This document shows positions 63,524-64,000 of a DNA stretch of 64,000 bases, one piece after another. Source of the stretch: Eremomyces bilateralis CBS 781.70 (taxonomy: Eukaryota); NCBI GenBank assembly GCA_010015585.1, contig ML975154.1. One strand, 5' to 3'. The position numbers were made by a program, and so were the translations under genes. The stretch's first letter is position 1, and each line of letters starts with the position of its first letter. The notes under the pieces were generated by a model, which worked only from the letters and a program-made list of their open reading frames with translations, ran no database searches and had not been told where the DNA came from.

Positions 63524-64000
63524 TGTCCATACGGATCGGAATGACGGCAACAGGTCGAGCATCTTCGGAAACCGCCCGCACGTTGGATGTGGCGGTGATG
63601 GTCGACTGAGATGGTGTACAATACTAAAAATGAGTGTGATCTCAAAATGTTCAGTTATGACCCCTAGCCCATCGACGCGTCAAATGCGTTTATGTACAGG
63701 TCCGAAGATGCAACAATGGCCGGGAATCTAATATCTAGAACCAAACACGGTATCCAACAGGATGACCTCTATGGTCAACCAAACGAAGGCCAGAATCAAA
63801 GACTATAGTAATAAAGATGCCACCAACGCCAGGCTAACATATGTCCGAGAAACGTAATCAAAGCGCGAGCAACCCCCTCACTGATCCTGCTGCCACCCGC
63901 GTATCCGCTCATAAAATATCGCCGGATACGACCGAATATCCTCATCCGTCGGCGGTGCCTTATTCGGATCCCGAAACCGATCCGCCACGCGCTGGATCAT

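Noticed and set aside
1..64000. tRNA, rRNA or spliceosomal snRNA genes; Starship captain recombinase
   Set aside because: No recognisable signature seen by eye. A covariance-model and HMM scan would be needed to exclude them.

Overview
This is intron-containing filamentous ascomycete (Pezizomycotina-like) nuclear DNA with a mosaic layout. Positions 1-15.7 kb are an accessory, transposon-scarred zone. It holds the left end of a Fot1/pogo element, a C2H2 gene, an intact cytochrome P450, a DUF6589-type relic, a HET-domain pseudogene hit by a solo LTR, and other decayed ORFs. Positions 15.9-46.1 kb are a dense block of housekeeping genes: SDR, a mucin-like membrane protein, RRN3, a GCK kinase, TRM82, RPP0, MSH1, HEM12, FCY1, YDJ1, CAP2, a GPI protein and MPH1. 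Positions 46.2-53.5 kb are a second accessory island with an intact orphan gene, a Tc1/mariner relic carrying a nested solo LTR, and a truncated MFS gene. Positions 53.6-64 kb return to core genes: RTT109, MRX11-like, a CaiB/AMACR enzyme, NOC4, ATP4 and a hypothetical gene. The most unusual signal is a 90-bp element (89/90 identical) present once in each accessory island in opposite orientation, with identical ends and a LINE-like 3' tail. All calls come from reading the sequence by eye; no database search was run.
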